Shown here one piece after another: positions 28,139 through 37,689 of a stretch of DNA of 44,573 nt (positions within the stretch are counted from its first letter, which is position 1; every line of letters starts with the position of its first letter). Below the pieces are notes generated by a model. It was not told where the DNA came from. It did not search any database and saw only the letters and a list, made by a program, of their open reading frames with translations. Source of the DNA: Promethearchaeota archaeon. GTDB lineage: Archaea > Asgardarchaeota > Lokiarchaeia > Sigyniarchaeales > SOKP01. The stretch is taken from assembly GCA_004524535.1 (NCBI GenBank), contig SDNY01000015.1:1-44573 (forward strand), given 5' to 3'. The translations under genes were made by a program, and so were the position numbers.

Positions 28139-29665
28139 ATGCCATTCAAAGTTGGAATTGTATTTAATTATCTCCAATTACCAGATGTTTCCAAATTCCC
28201 TTTTGTTATCAATAAAAGAAGAGATGGAATATTAGTAAAGAAGGGTTTATTTGTTTATACAAAATCCACTGAAGGCTTCTTGATTGGGATTGTTGAAGAA
28301 ATTATATTGCTAAATGAGTATTTCTCCGATCCTCTTACTATAAGATCATATAATTCTAATTCTAATCCTAATATTTTAAAAGGACTTTTTCCCAGTGAAG
28401 ATTTTGAGTTTGCGATTGCTATTGTTAAATGTTTAGGTATAATTGAATTCGAAAATGAGCAACAGAAAAAGATTAAAAAGATTCAAAGAATGACCTTTCC
28501 AGCCAGTCCAGGAGCAGAAGTATATTTAGTAGAGGAAGATATTCTAAATATTTTCGTTGGATTTGATATGGTTAAGGGATTGAATATAGGGAAAGTTAAA
28601 ACTTCAAATTTCGAAGCTAAAATCAATATGAATCGTCTATTTAATAAACACTTTGCAGTTCTTTCTATTTCTGGAGGTGGAAAAAGTTATTTAATATCAG
28701 TAATAATTGAGGAATTATTAACTCGAAATGAAGAAATGGGTACACCAGCAATAATTTTAATTGATGTACATGGAGAATACACATATCTGAATGAAATAAA
28801 TGAATTAAAGGATAAAGTTAAAGTACAGAATATTTCATACATGCAGGTTGGAGTTCCAAAATTAAACCCTTGGTCATTTAAGAAATATCAAGAACAAATT
28901 TCTAATGTTCAAATTCGCGAACTCTCTAATTATATTCAAAAACTAAAAAATGATAATAAGAAAAAAGGGGGGTTCACTTTACATGATTTAATTGATATTA
29001 TTGATAATGATACACAAGTAGGTAAAAATACAAAACAAGCATTATTAGGATGGTTAACAGAATTAAATCGGTTAAATTTATTCGGCCCTAAAGAGAATCC
29101 TATAATCAATAACATTGTAAAACAAGGAGAATTGTCCATTTTTAATTTAGCAAATGAAACCAATATTAGAAAAAAACAAATTGTTGTTGATTATTTATGT
29201 AATAGATTATTTTATCTAAGGAGACTCAATAAAATACCTCCATTCTTATTAATTATAGAGGAAGCTCATCAATTTTGTCCTGAGGCATCACATTCGAGAG
29301 CTATATCAAAATCAATAATAGAAACCATCGCACGAGAAGGTAGAAAGTTTATGGCATGCTTATGCCTCATTAGTCAGAGACCTAAAAGATTGAGCTCTAC
29401 TGCCCTTTCTCAATTAAATTCAAAAATGATATTAAATATAAAAAATCCTTACGATTTAAAACATCTTATGGACAGTTCAGAAGCAATTTCTAAAGGATAT
29501 GCTCATATGATCTCCAGTTTAGGAGTCGGGGAAATGTTATTAACGGGGAATGCTGTTAATTATCCGATTTTTATTGATATAAGAGAAAGAGAATATAAAT
29601 CGAAAATTGAGGATGTAACATTGTCTCAAGTATGTTTAAATTGGCAGAATAAACAAGCCAATTAG
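28139..29665 (+). CDS. HerA/DUF87-family ATPase
   Basis: HAS-barrel-like N-terminus, KHFAVLSISGGGKS (Walker A), DVHGEY, IIEEAHQF, IAREGRKF, ISQRP. Confidence 0.9.
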   Translation: MPFKVGIVFNYLQLPDVSKFPFVINKRRDGILVKKGLFVYTKSTEGFLIGIVEEIILLNEYFSDPLTIRSYNSNSNPNILKGLFPSEDFEFAIAIVKCLGIIEFENEQQKKIKKIQRMTFPASPGAEVYLVEEDILNIFVGFDMVKGLNIGKVKTSNFEAKINMNRLFNKHFAVLSISGGGKSYLISVIIEELLTRNEEMGTPAIILIDVHGEYTYLNEINELKDKVKVQNISYMQVGVPKLNPWSFKKYQEQISNVQIRELSNYIQKLKNDNKKKGGFTLHDLIDIIDNDTQVGKNTKQALLGWLTELNRLNLFGPKENPIINNIVKQGELSIFNLANETNIRKKQIVVDYLCNRLFYLRRLNKIPPFLLIIEEAHQFCPEASHSRAISKSIIETIAREGRKFMACLCLISQRPKRLSSTALSQLNSKMILNIKNPYDLKHLMDSSEAISKGYAHMISSLGVGEMLLTGNAVNYPIFIDIREREYKSKIEDVTLSQVCLNWQNKQAN

Positions 29666-29938
29666 TTAAAACAGTTCGCGCATCAAGGGCTCGTTTATTT
29701 TATCGTTATTTTTATTGAGAACAATCATTTTTTTCGTCTTTGAAACTCGGAAAACATTAATTATATTCATGGTTTCCAGCTTCATGAAAATTTCTTCCAA
29801 GACTAATGTGTTAATGAATGGGAATTCTTTTTTAAGTAATTCTTCCATTCTTTTATCTAACATCTCTCCTTTATTTTTTAGAAGCAACTCAATAATTATA
29901 TTCAAAATTGGTTTTTGGTTCCAACGATATGATTCGAT
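29666..29938 (-). CDS. Small winged-helix-like hypothetical protein downstream of cdc48
   Basis: ORF 29905-29666 stays open upstream to ATC 29938 behind GGTGA; FMKLETMNIINV helix-wing pattern; start uncertain. Confidence 0.65.
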   Translation of the reverse strand: MESYRWNQKPILNIIIELLLKNKGEMLDKRMEELLKKEFPFINTLVLEEIFMKLETMNIINVFRVSKTKKMIVLNKNNDKINEPLMRELF

Positions 29939-30053
29939 AAAATTTCACCATAGGTGTTTTATTTTTAGATCTATTTAGATAATATAAAAAATTGAGGAAT
30001 AGATTTAAGTAATAAATTTAAAAAGAATAGCTTTTTAATTAAATTTTTTAATT

Positions 30054-32282
30054 TTATACAAATAATCTATCTTCTTTTGAATCATCTAATTGCCGTCTTT
30101 TTAATCGTTCTCCGAAATTTGTGTACCAATCAATTATTTCTTGAGTAATGCTTGGATTAACTAATTTTCTTGCTTCTCTAAAATGATCTTCAGAGATTTT
30201 TCGCGCTCGGATGTTCTCTCTGAGGGCTATCATGGCAGCTTCACGACAAAAAGTTTCTATATCGGCACCAGAAAAACCTTTAACCATTTGATTTAAAGTA
30301 GTAAGTTTTAAATTGCTTGTTAAGGGCATATCCTTAGTAAAGATTTTCAAGATTTCTAACGTTCCTCTCTCATTTGGGGGTGGAACTAATAAAATTCGGT
30401 CAATTCTTCCTGGTCTAATCAGAGCAGGGTCTAAAATATCGGGACGATTTGATGCTGCTATAACTACAATATCTTTATTTACTTCCAATCCGTCTAATTC
30501 AGTTAGAAATTGAGATAAAACTTTTTCAGACACACCCGAATCTGATGTGTGTCGACCTCGAGAAGGAGCAATAGAATCAAATTCATCAAAAAAGATAATG
30601 CATGGTGCTGCCATTTTAGCTTTTCTAAAAACCTCTCTTATTGCTTTTTCACTTTCTCCAACCCATTTTGACAATAATTCTGGCCCTTTGATAGAGATAA
30701 AATTTGCTTTGCTTTCCGTAGCTACCGCTCTTGCTAATAAGGTTTTACCGCATCCGGGAGGGCCATAAAGTAAAATTCCTTTTGGAGGAGTAATACCCAT
30801 CCTGATAAATATTTTTGGATGAGATAAAGGCCAATCTACCGCTTCTACTAATAATTGCTTCAAATCATCTAATCCACCTATTTGTTCCCATGTTACATTT
30901 GGTACCTCTACAAATACTTCTCTTATTCCAGAAGGCATTACTTCCTTTAACGCTTCGTCAAAATCGTTTTTAGTAACTTGAATTTGCTCTAACAATTCGG
31001 GATCAATATATTCTGATTCTAAGTCTATTTTGGGTAAATATCTTCTTAGAGCTGACATAGCCGCTTCTCGGCATACTGCTGAAATATCAGCCCCTACAAA
31101 CCCATGGGTTATTTGAGAGTAATCTTTTATTGAAAATTTTTTATCCAGCGGCATATTTCTAGTGTGTATCTGAAAGATTTCTCGACGACCTTTTTCATTA
31201 GGAACTTTTATTTCAATTTCACGATCGAACCGTCCAGGACGGCGTAAAGCTTCATCTAAGCTGTTAGGTCTATTCGTAGCACCTATAACAATAGTTTTTC
31301 CTCTACTATGTAATCCATCCATTAAAGCTAATAATTGTGCTACAACTCTTCGCTCAACTTCTCCAGTAACAGTCTCCCTTTTAGGAGCAATAGCGTCAAT
31401 TTCGTCAATAAAAATTATTGAAGGACTTTTTTCTTCCGCTTCGATAAAGAGTTTCCGCAGTTTTTTTTCAGATTCTCCGTAAAATTTACTCATAATCTCT
31501 GGTCCATTTATAGATATAAAATGAGCTTCACTTTCATTAGCAACTGCTCTAGCTAATAAAGTTTTTCCACAACCCGGTGGCCCTCTTAATAATACCCCTT
31601 TTGGAGGATCTATACCTAAGCGCTTAAATAAAGAAGGATGACGTAAGGGCAATTCAACCATTTCTCGCACTCTTTGTATCTCTCTATCTAAACCACCAAC
31701 ATCTTCATACGTAATATAATTAGTACCCCTTTCTTCGTCTTCTGTTACATGTTCGCTGATATGTAAAGACGACTCAGGTTTTATAACACATATTCCCTTT
31801 GGTCTCAAGCTAATAACTTTAAAAGTTATTTCCCTACTTATCCCTATTGAAATGAGAATAATATCATCAATCGTAACTGGATAATTATTTAATTTTCTTT
31901 TTACAAAAGATTCAAACCTTGGATTTGTTCTAATTTTAACACTGGCAGGTGCGATTACGATATTTTGTGCAACTTTAGCATCTACTTTCCTAATTTCAAT
32001 AGAATCATCAATACTAGTACCTGTATTTTTCCTTAATCTAGAATCGACTCGAACAATTCCCAAACCATTATCTTGAGGATAACTGGGCCACGCAATACCG
32101 GCACTTTCTTTTTTACCATTTAACGCGATAACATCCCCTGTCTGAATCTCTAGTTTTTCCATTGTTTCAGGGTCTATTCGAATAATATTCCTTCCAATAT
32201 CACGTTTCTTGGCCTTTTGCACTCTGAGTGTAAATTTTGGGTGCGAAACATCGGTATCATCGGCTTTATCTCCTTCAGTCAT
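30054..32282 (-). CDS. cdc48: CDC48/VCP AAA+ ATPase
   Basis: N-domain plus two AAA modules (GPPGCGKT twice, FIDEID, FFDEFD, RPGRFDR/RPGRIDR). Confidence 0.97.
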   Translation of the reverse strand: MTEGDKADDTDVSHPKFTLRVQKAKKRDIGRNIIRIDPETMEKLEIQTGDVIALNGKKESAGIAWPSYPQDNGLGIVRVDSRLRKNTGTSIDDSIEIRKVDAKVAQNIVIAPASVKIRTNPRFESFVKRKLNNYPVTIDDIILISIGISREITFKVISLRPKGICVIKPESSLHISEHVTEDEERGTNYITYEDVGGLDREIQRVREMVELPLRHPSLFKRLGIDPPKGVLLRGPPGCGKTLLARAVANESEAHFISINGPEIMSKFYGESEKKLRKLFIEAEEKSPSIIFIDEIDAIAPKRETVTGEVERRVVAQLLALMDGLHSRGKTIVIGATNRPNSLDEALRRPGRFDREIEIKVPNEKGRREIFQIHTRNMPLDKKFSIKDYSQITHGFVGADISAVCREAAMSALRRYLPKIDLESEYIDPELLEQIQVTKNDFDEALKEVMPSGIREVFVEVPNVTWEQIGGLDDLKQLLVEAVDWPLSHPKIFIRMGITPPKGILLYGPPGCGKTLLARAVATESKANFISIKGPELLSKWVGESEKAIREVFRKAKMAAPCIIFFDEFDSIAPSRGRHTSDSGVSEKVLSQFLTELDGLEVNKDIVVIAASNRPDILDPALIRPGRIDRILLVPPPNERGTLEILKIFTKDMPLTSNLKLTTLNQMVKGFSGADIETFCREAAMIALRENIRARKISEDHFREARKLVNPSITQEIIDWYTNFGERLKRRQLDDSKEDRLFV

Positions 32283-32375
32283 AAATATTCAATTATTATT
32301 AGAATTTATATGGTATATATATTAAATAATTAAATTCTGTAAAAATTTTTGCTTTTTAAAATATAAATGAAATTC

Positions 32376-33416
32376 TTATTTTTTAAAATATCTATCAAGC
32401 GAAACTTGAGTTTTAGAAGAATCTTTTTTCCTTAAACGTTCCAAAGCGTTTTTAATTCTAGATTCTGAAAAATTATGTTGCTCAATCATCAGCTCTTCGA
32501 TTTTTTCGTAATCTATTTTATTCCAGATTAATTTGGGATATTCTTTTTTAATATCGGGATTTAAAAAAATATCTTTTATTTGATTAACCACATCTAAATC
32601 TATTTCAATTCCTTTAACCTTATTTTTTATAATATTTTCTATTGATTTATGTTCTTTTATTAACTCCAATGCTTTATGCTGTCCAATTCCTTTAATACCT
32701 GGGAAAAAATCTGTCCCTATTAAAACTCCCATACCAATTAGTTGTTCCCGAGTTATCCCCAGATTATTTAAGAATTTTGATAATGAAACATATTCGATAT
32801 CTAGAGTGACTGTAGTATCCTTAACCTTTTTGCTTCGACTCACGGCAAAATTTCTTATTAATCTTTCTCCTCCAAACAATAAAGTATCATAATCTTGAGA
32901 AGCACAAGCCCAAGCATCCCCTCTTTCTACCATATATGCAGATTGAGATTCCCCTTCTGAGCTAGCCTCAACGAGTGGGATGCCCATAAATGTAATTAAT
33001 TTTTTACTCTCTTCAATCATATCAGAATCGAGCTTGGATGTCATTTGAGCAAATTTTTTCGCCTCTTTAAAATCCTCTTTTTCCTGTGCCTCAACCATTT
33101 TGACTTTAGCTTCTTCTTTTACCTTCCTTCTTTCTTTAATTGTCTTTAACTTTAATTCAGATGGTTTTCCATCAAAAATGTAAATAGGTTTGATATTATG
33201 TTCTATGAAATTTATTGTTCTATAAAATAATCCTGAAAGATGCGAGGTAATGTTACCCTCGTAATCTTTCAATGGCGTTCCATCTCTCTGACGAATAATT
33301 GCTAAGAATTGATAAATAGTATTGAACGCATCAATTGCAATTTTTTTTGAGAATAAGTTCTCGAAGGTAATTGATCTCTTTACTTCTCCCACTAATTCAT
33401 TAATTTTTATTCCCAT
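32376..33416 (-). CDS. fen: Flap endonuclease 1
   Basis: AIDAFNTIYQFL, TSHLSGLFYRT, EGESQ, SQDYD, GTDF, C-terminal PIP box QVSLDRYF. Confidence 0.97.
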   Translation of the reverse strand: MGIKINELVGEVKRSITFENLFSKKIAIDAFNTIYQFLAIIRQRDGTPLKDYEGNITSHLSGLFYRTINFIEHNIKPIYIFDGKPSELKLKTIKERRKVKEEAKVKMVEAQEKEDFKEAKKFAQMTSKLDSDMIEESKKLITFMGIPLVEASSEGESQSAYMVERGDAWACASQDYDTLLFGGERLIRNFAVSRSKKVKDTTVTLDIEYVSLSKFLNNLGITREQLIGMGVLIGTDFFPGIKGIGQHKALELIKEHKSIENIIKNKVKGIEIDLDVVNQIKDIFLNPDIKKEYPKLIWNKIDYEKIEELMIEQHNFSESRIKNALERLRKKDSSKTQVSLDRYFKK

Positions 33417-33494
33417 TATAATTTCTCATTGCACTTTGTCTTTATCTAATAATAATTGGATATTCTCATATATAATTTCCACTATAACCTTATT

Positions 33495-34046
33495 TTATTT
33501 TTTTGGTCGTCGCTTTAGTTTTAATCCGCATTTTTCACAGTTTTTATTTAAATTTTCAGCTTTTATTTCTTTACAATAAGGACAATAAACTTCCCAGATA
33601 ATTTTTGATTTAATTCCTTTTTTAAATAGAGGAGCGAATGGAATGTCTAATTCTGAACATAAATTTTCCATTGAATAATCGTTAGTATAAATCATTATAT
33701 TAATTGATACCGTCTCTTTCAACTCTAATGTTAACGCGATTAATTCTTTATCTGTGTTTGATAAAGCGTTATAATCTCCCGTTAATTCTGATTTTTTATC
33801 TACCTCCTCAATATATTTATTTGAAGGTGTTTTTAAAATCAACTTCTTGCTATCAATGGCTGCTTGAATTTTATTTAAGATATTTCTATTTTTATTAATA
33901 TATTTGTCTATTTTAATTTCTTCAATGACATTTGGCGTAGTGTAAATTTCACTTTTCAATAAATTGAAATCTATCCCCGTGAGAAAAATATTTGTATCAA
34001 AAATTAAAATTTCATTATTCTTCTTATTATCCTTCTGAAGAGTCAA
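33495..34046 (-). CDS. nob1: Endoribonuclease Nob1
   Basis: PIN motifs FDTN, LSNTDKELIAL, TNDYSMEN; CPYC...CEKCG zinc ribbon. Confidence 0.92.
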   Translation of the reverse strand: MTLQKDNKKNNEILIFDTNIFLTGIDFNLLKSEIYTTPNVIEEIKIDKYINKNRNILNKIQAAIDSKKLILKTPSNKYIEEVDKKSELTGDYNALSNTDKELIALTLELKETVSINIMIYTNDYSMENLCSELDIPFAPLFKKGIKSKIIWEVYCPYCKEIKAENLNKNCEKCGLKLKRRPKK

Positions 34047-34048
34047 GT

Positions 34049-34960
34049 TTATTCCTCAGGACTATCGTTTATCGGTAGAAAACGACCCGTACCGATAATT
34101 TTTTTTCTTAATCTCTTAAAATAATTCTCGTATAGATTTTTAGATAAACGGATAAGATGTGTCTCAGAATTTGCTTTCCGAATTCTTATTAATGTGTTCG
34201 GCTGAATATCTTTTATTACTTGTTGACCATCTACCACAATCTTAGCATTCAATCGAGGTCTTAAAAGCTCAATCTCTATTTCTGATTCAATAGGAAGAAC
34301 CATAGGTCTTAATCCAGAACGAGCAAAACTATTTAGGGGAGTTAATTGCATAATTTCTGTGTTTGGTGTAATTATTGACCCCCCAGCACTTAGGTTATAA
34401 GCTGTGGACCCAGTTGAGGTCGAGATAATTACTCCGTCTAAATAGCTTCGATTGAGGAAAACTCCATTAACTCTTACTGACACTTGTAAAACTTTTGAAT
34501 GTTTGGAGGAAACGATTAGTATCTCGTTTAACGCATTTTTGAGTTTAATTTCTTCATTATCTTTAACTATATAAGGAGTAATTTTAGAACATTTTTCGAT
34601 AATATACTCTCCATTTAATAACGGATTTAAATCTTTAAATACAATTCTTTCATTAGATTCGTCTAAAAATCCTATAGAACCAATGTTTACGCCAAATATT
34701 GGAGGGGGATCATTTTGAGGTAAACGATTTGCTACTCTGAGAAGGGTTCCATCACCACCAATCGAAATTAAAAACTTTATCTCGCTGGCATTCATTTCAT
34801 TTAAATCTTTACCACTATGGGGAAGAATTTTTGGTGCTATTCTAGTTTCTGGGTAAACAACTTCACCCTTCTTGATTAGAAATTCAAAAATCCTTTTAGC
34901 TAACTTAATTGCTCTTTCCGAATCCATTCGGCAAGCTATTGCGATCCCTTTTTTCTCCAT
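34049..34960 (-). CDS. nadK: NAD kinase
   Basis: GGDGT, GSIGFL, ALNE, DGVIISTSTGSTAYNLSAGG. Confidence 0.95.
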   Translation of the reverse strand: MEKKGIAIACRMDSERAIKLAKRIFEFLIKKGEVVYPETRIAPKILPHSGKDLNEMNASEIKFLISIGGDGTLLRVANRLPQNDPPPIFGVNIGSIGFLDESNERIVFKDLNPLLNGEYIIEKCSKITPYIVKDNEEIKLKNALNEILIVSSKHSKVLQVSVRVNGVFLNRSYLDGVIISTSTGSTAYNLSAGGSIITPNTEIMQLTPLNSFARSGLRPMVLPIESEIEIELLRPRLNAKIVVDGQQVIKDIQPNTLIRIRKANSETHLIRLSKNLYENYFKRLRKKIIGTGRFLPINDSPEE

Positions 34961-35059
34961 AAAAACACAAAATCTCTTAATTGGAATTAATAAATTTTTA
35001 AAGCTGATTTTAAAAATACAATTAATTAAGAAAGATTGAATTAACTTATGTGAAAATAT

Positions 35060-35500
35060 TTATGTAGTAAATACCCTATTGATAAGCGTTTTTCCAGCTA
35101 ATTGCCAATAATCTACTTGTGAGGACGACATTTTACTAGGATCGGCTTGTAGTTCTTTTAATTTTTTTATTAAATCTTCATCTTTAGGCCAATCTATATC
35201 CACGGAGTCATAACTTTCTAAATCCATGACATTAATGAGTTTGTCCTCAATATAGTTAATCTGGGCATTGCCCTTTATAATTTCTGGAACCTCCACCATT
35301 TGACCACTCGGAAAAGTTAAAGATCTCTTGTTATTATCAAACATTCCAATACAAGACACCCGGACTTTTGCATGTCCATGTTTGCCACTTTTCGAACGTT
35401 CAGTACTTTTTATAACGCAAGGTTCATCATCAACCATGATAAAATTTCCAGTCTTAAGCTTCTGAATTTCAGTTCGACGTATGCTAATTTTAAACACCAA
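35060..35500 (-). CDS. eif5a: Translation factor aIF5A/eIF5A
   Basis: SKSGKHGHAK hypusine motif, VMDLESY. Confidence 0.96.
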   Translation of the reverse strand: MVFKISIRRTEIQKLKTGNFIMVDDEPCVIKSTERSKSGKHGHAKVRVSCIGMFDNNKRSLTFPSGQMVEVPEIIKGNAQINYIEDKLINVMDLESYDSVDIDWPKDEDLIKKLKELQADPSKMSSSQVDYWQLAGKTLINRVFTT

Positions 35501-35636
35501 TCTTAGTTAATTTTTGAATATTTTTATTTTTAACATTTCATTCTTTTTAATTTATTAATATTTTTATTAAAAAAAAAATATTAGGTTTTGAATATTAAAT
35601 AAAATAGGTAAAAAAAAAGTAGAGATTACTTGATTT

Positions 35637-37013
35637 ATGGTTTTAGAAAATCTCGGTCGTAATTTAGATAACGCTATTAGAAAATTACGTCGACTTCCCA
35701 GAGTAGATAAGGATGCCATCAATGCTCTAATTCAAGATTTGCAACGAGCACTTCTAAGTGCGGATGTAAAAGTCGAATTAGTGTTTGAGATGACAGAGAA
35801 TATTAAAAAAGAGGCAATGAATACTAAACTTCAGAAGGCAAAAAGAAAGGATTTCGTTATTTCGTTAATCCACGATGAATTAGTGCGTGTTTTAGGAGGG
35901 AAACAAGCTCCTATAAGGATAAAACCGGGGAAAAAAAATGTAATTCTACTTGTAGGAATCCAAGGTTCAGGTAAAACCACAACGATTGGAAAATTGGCAA
36001 AATTTTACAATAGCAAGGGTTATAAAGTCGCTACAATCACGACGGACACTTATCGCCCCGGAGCTTACGAACAACTGGTTCAATTAACTAAACAAATTCC
36101 TGTAAAATGTTATGGTAATCCGAACGAAAAAAATGCTTTAAAAATCGCTGTTAAAGAAACTAAAAAAGCGTTAGCAGATGGACATGACATAATTTTAGCC
36201 GATACAGCAGGTAGACATAAAGAGGAAAAAGAATTAATGACAGAAATGCAGAAGATTGAAAATGTCTTAAAGCCAAACGAAACTATCCTTGTGATTGACG
36301 GAACACTTGGCCAACAGGCTTACCCTCAAGCTGAAGAGTTTGGCAAAGCAACAAATCTCGGAAGCATTATAGTTACAAAATTAGACGGTACAGCAAAAGG
36401 GGGTGGTGCCTTATCTGCTTGTGCTGCTACCAATGTTCCTATTCGTTTTATTGGTGTTGGCGAGAAAATAGATGCCTTTGAAGAATTTGAAGCGACTAGT
36501 TTTGTAGGTACCCTTTTAGGTATTCCAAATCTCGAAGCTCTTATACAAAGAGTTCAAGAAGCAGAAGTTGTCCCAGATCCAGAAACGGTTAAAAGAATGA
36601 TGCATGGAAAATTTACACTCGAAGATTTATATCATCAGATCAAAAATATAAAAAAGGTCGGCAAAATGCGGGAAATTCTTGCGATGATGGGGGGAGGGAA
36701 CATTCCCGACGCCTTAAAAGATGATGCAGAAAGAAATATTGAAAAGTGGCGTGTTGTATTAGATTCTATGACGCAGGAGGAGAAGAACGAGCCAAAAATT
36801 ATTAAAAAGACAAGGAAAAGACGAATAGCAATCGGTTCGGGTACAGAATATGCCGTAATTAATAAAATGTTAGACCAATATAACCAAATGAAGAAAATGA
36901 TGAAACGATTTTTACAGGCTCGCAAAAAGGGAAAAGGAATGCCGGGAATGCCAGGAATGGGAAAAGGTGCTGCAGCATTTATGGATAAATTAAGTAAAAA
37001 TTTTAAATTTTAG
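35637..37013 (+). CDS. srp54: Signal recognition particle protein Srp54
   Basis: GIQGSGKTT, DTAGRH, TKLDGTAKGGG, M domain. Confidence 0.97.
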   Translation: MVLENLGRNLDNAIRKLRRLPRVDKDAINALIQDLQRALLSADVKVELVFEMTENIKKEAMNTKLQKAKRKDFVISLIHDELVRVLGGKQAPIRIKPGKKNVILLVGIQGSGKTTTIGKLAKFYNSKGYKVATITTDTYRPGAYEQLVQLTKQIPVKCYGNPNEKNALKIAVKETKKALADGHDIILADTAGRHKEEKELMTEMQKIENVLKPNETILVIDGTLGQQAYPQAEEFGKATNLGSIIVTKLDGTAKGGGALSACAATNVPIRFIGVGEKIDAFEEFEATSFVGTLLGIPNLEALIQRVQEAEVVPDPETVKRMMHGKFTLEDLYHQIKNIKKVGKMREILAMMGGGNIPDALKDDAERNIEKWRVVLDSMTQEEKNEPKIIKKTRKRRIAIGSGTEYAVINKMLDQYNQMKKMMKRFLQARKKGKGMPGMPGMGKGAAAFMDKLSKNFKF

Positions 37014-37037
37014 ATATTCTTACTTTTCTTGATTAGA

Positions 37038-37688
37038 TTGGTAAATTTCTTATTATTAGTTAAAAAACTCACCAACTATAATAAAAAGGATATTGATATA
37101 GGAAAAACACCTCTTGAAATTTACAAAATTTGCTCTTGTCTTCGGGAAACTTTCTGTCTATCCTATGCGATTAGAAAAGAGAATAACTTATTTTTATATT
37201 TTCAAAATGAAGGGGTATTAATTAAATTTGAAGGGAATAGATTAAAATATTTAGGTCCGGACGAGCGTTCGCAAGCTTTATTATTAAGAAAAGCCATAGA
37301 CAAAATAAACTTAGTTAATTCTTCAGATATTGAAAAATGGAGAAAATCAACCCCCGGTATTTATATAAGGAATTTTTCCAATAACGAATCGTTTATTAAA
37401 TATTTTAAATCTTTTCCATCTTTCAATCCTATTTTTCTAATTAATGATAATGATGTAGAAAAAGTAAATTCATATCTTACAGTTAATGAATTTGAAACTT
37501 TAAATACTATATCTGACTTTTTCTACATTATTCCCGCATATAATATAATAATTGAAGATTCCAACTTTTTTCAACTGTTTAAAGAGTTGAAAGATATAAA
37601 ATTTTTAACGCTTTCAAAAATTAATAGTATAGAAGATAAATTTTTGTATGTTAATTTTCGATTAGATTTATTGAAAAAACAAGATTAA
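37038..37688 (+). CDS. TrmY-like (tRNA m1-pseudouridine54 methyltransferase family), divergent
   Basis: ETFCLSYAIRK, IKFEGNRLKYLGPDERS, KSTPGIYI match the TrmY N-half; position after srp54; start TTG 37029 or 37038. Confidence 0.7.
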   Translation: MVNFLLLVKKLTNYNKKDIDIGKTPLEIYKICSCLRETFCLSYAIRKENNLFLYFQNEGVLIKFEGNRLKYLGPDERSQALLLRKAIDKINLVNSSDIEKWRKSTPGIYIRNFSNNESFIKYFKSFPSFNPIFLINDNDVEKVNSYLTVNEFETLNTISDFFYIIPAYNIIIEDSNFFQLFKELKDIKFLTLSKINSIEDKFLYVNFRLDLLKKQD

Positions 37689-37689
37689 T

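Noticed and set aside
36928-36968. GGAATGCC repeats at the end of srp54
   Set aside because: Encodes an ordinary Gly-Met-Pro low-complexity tail
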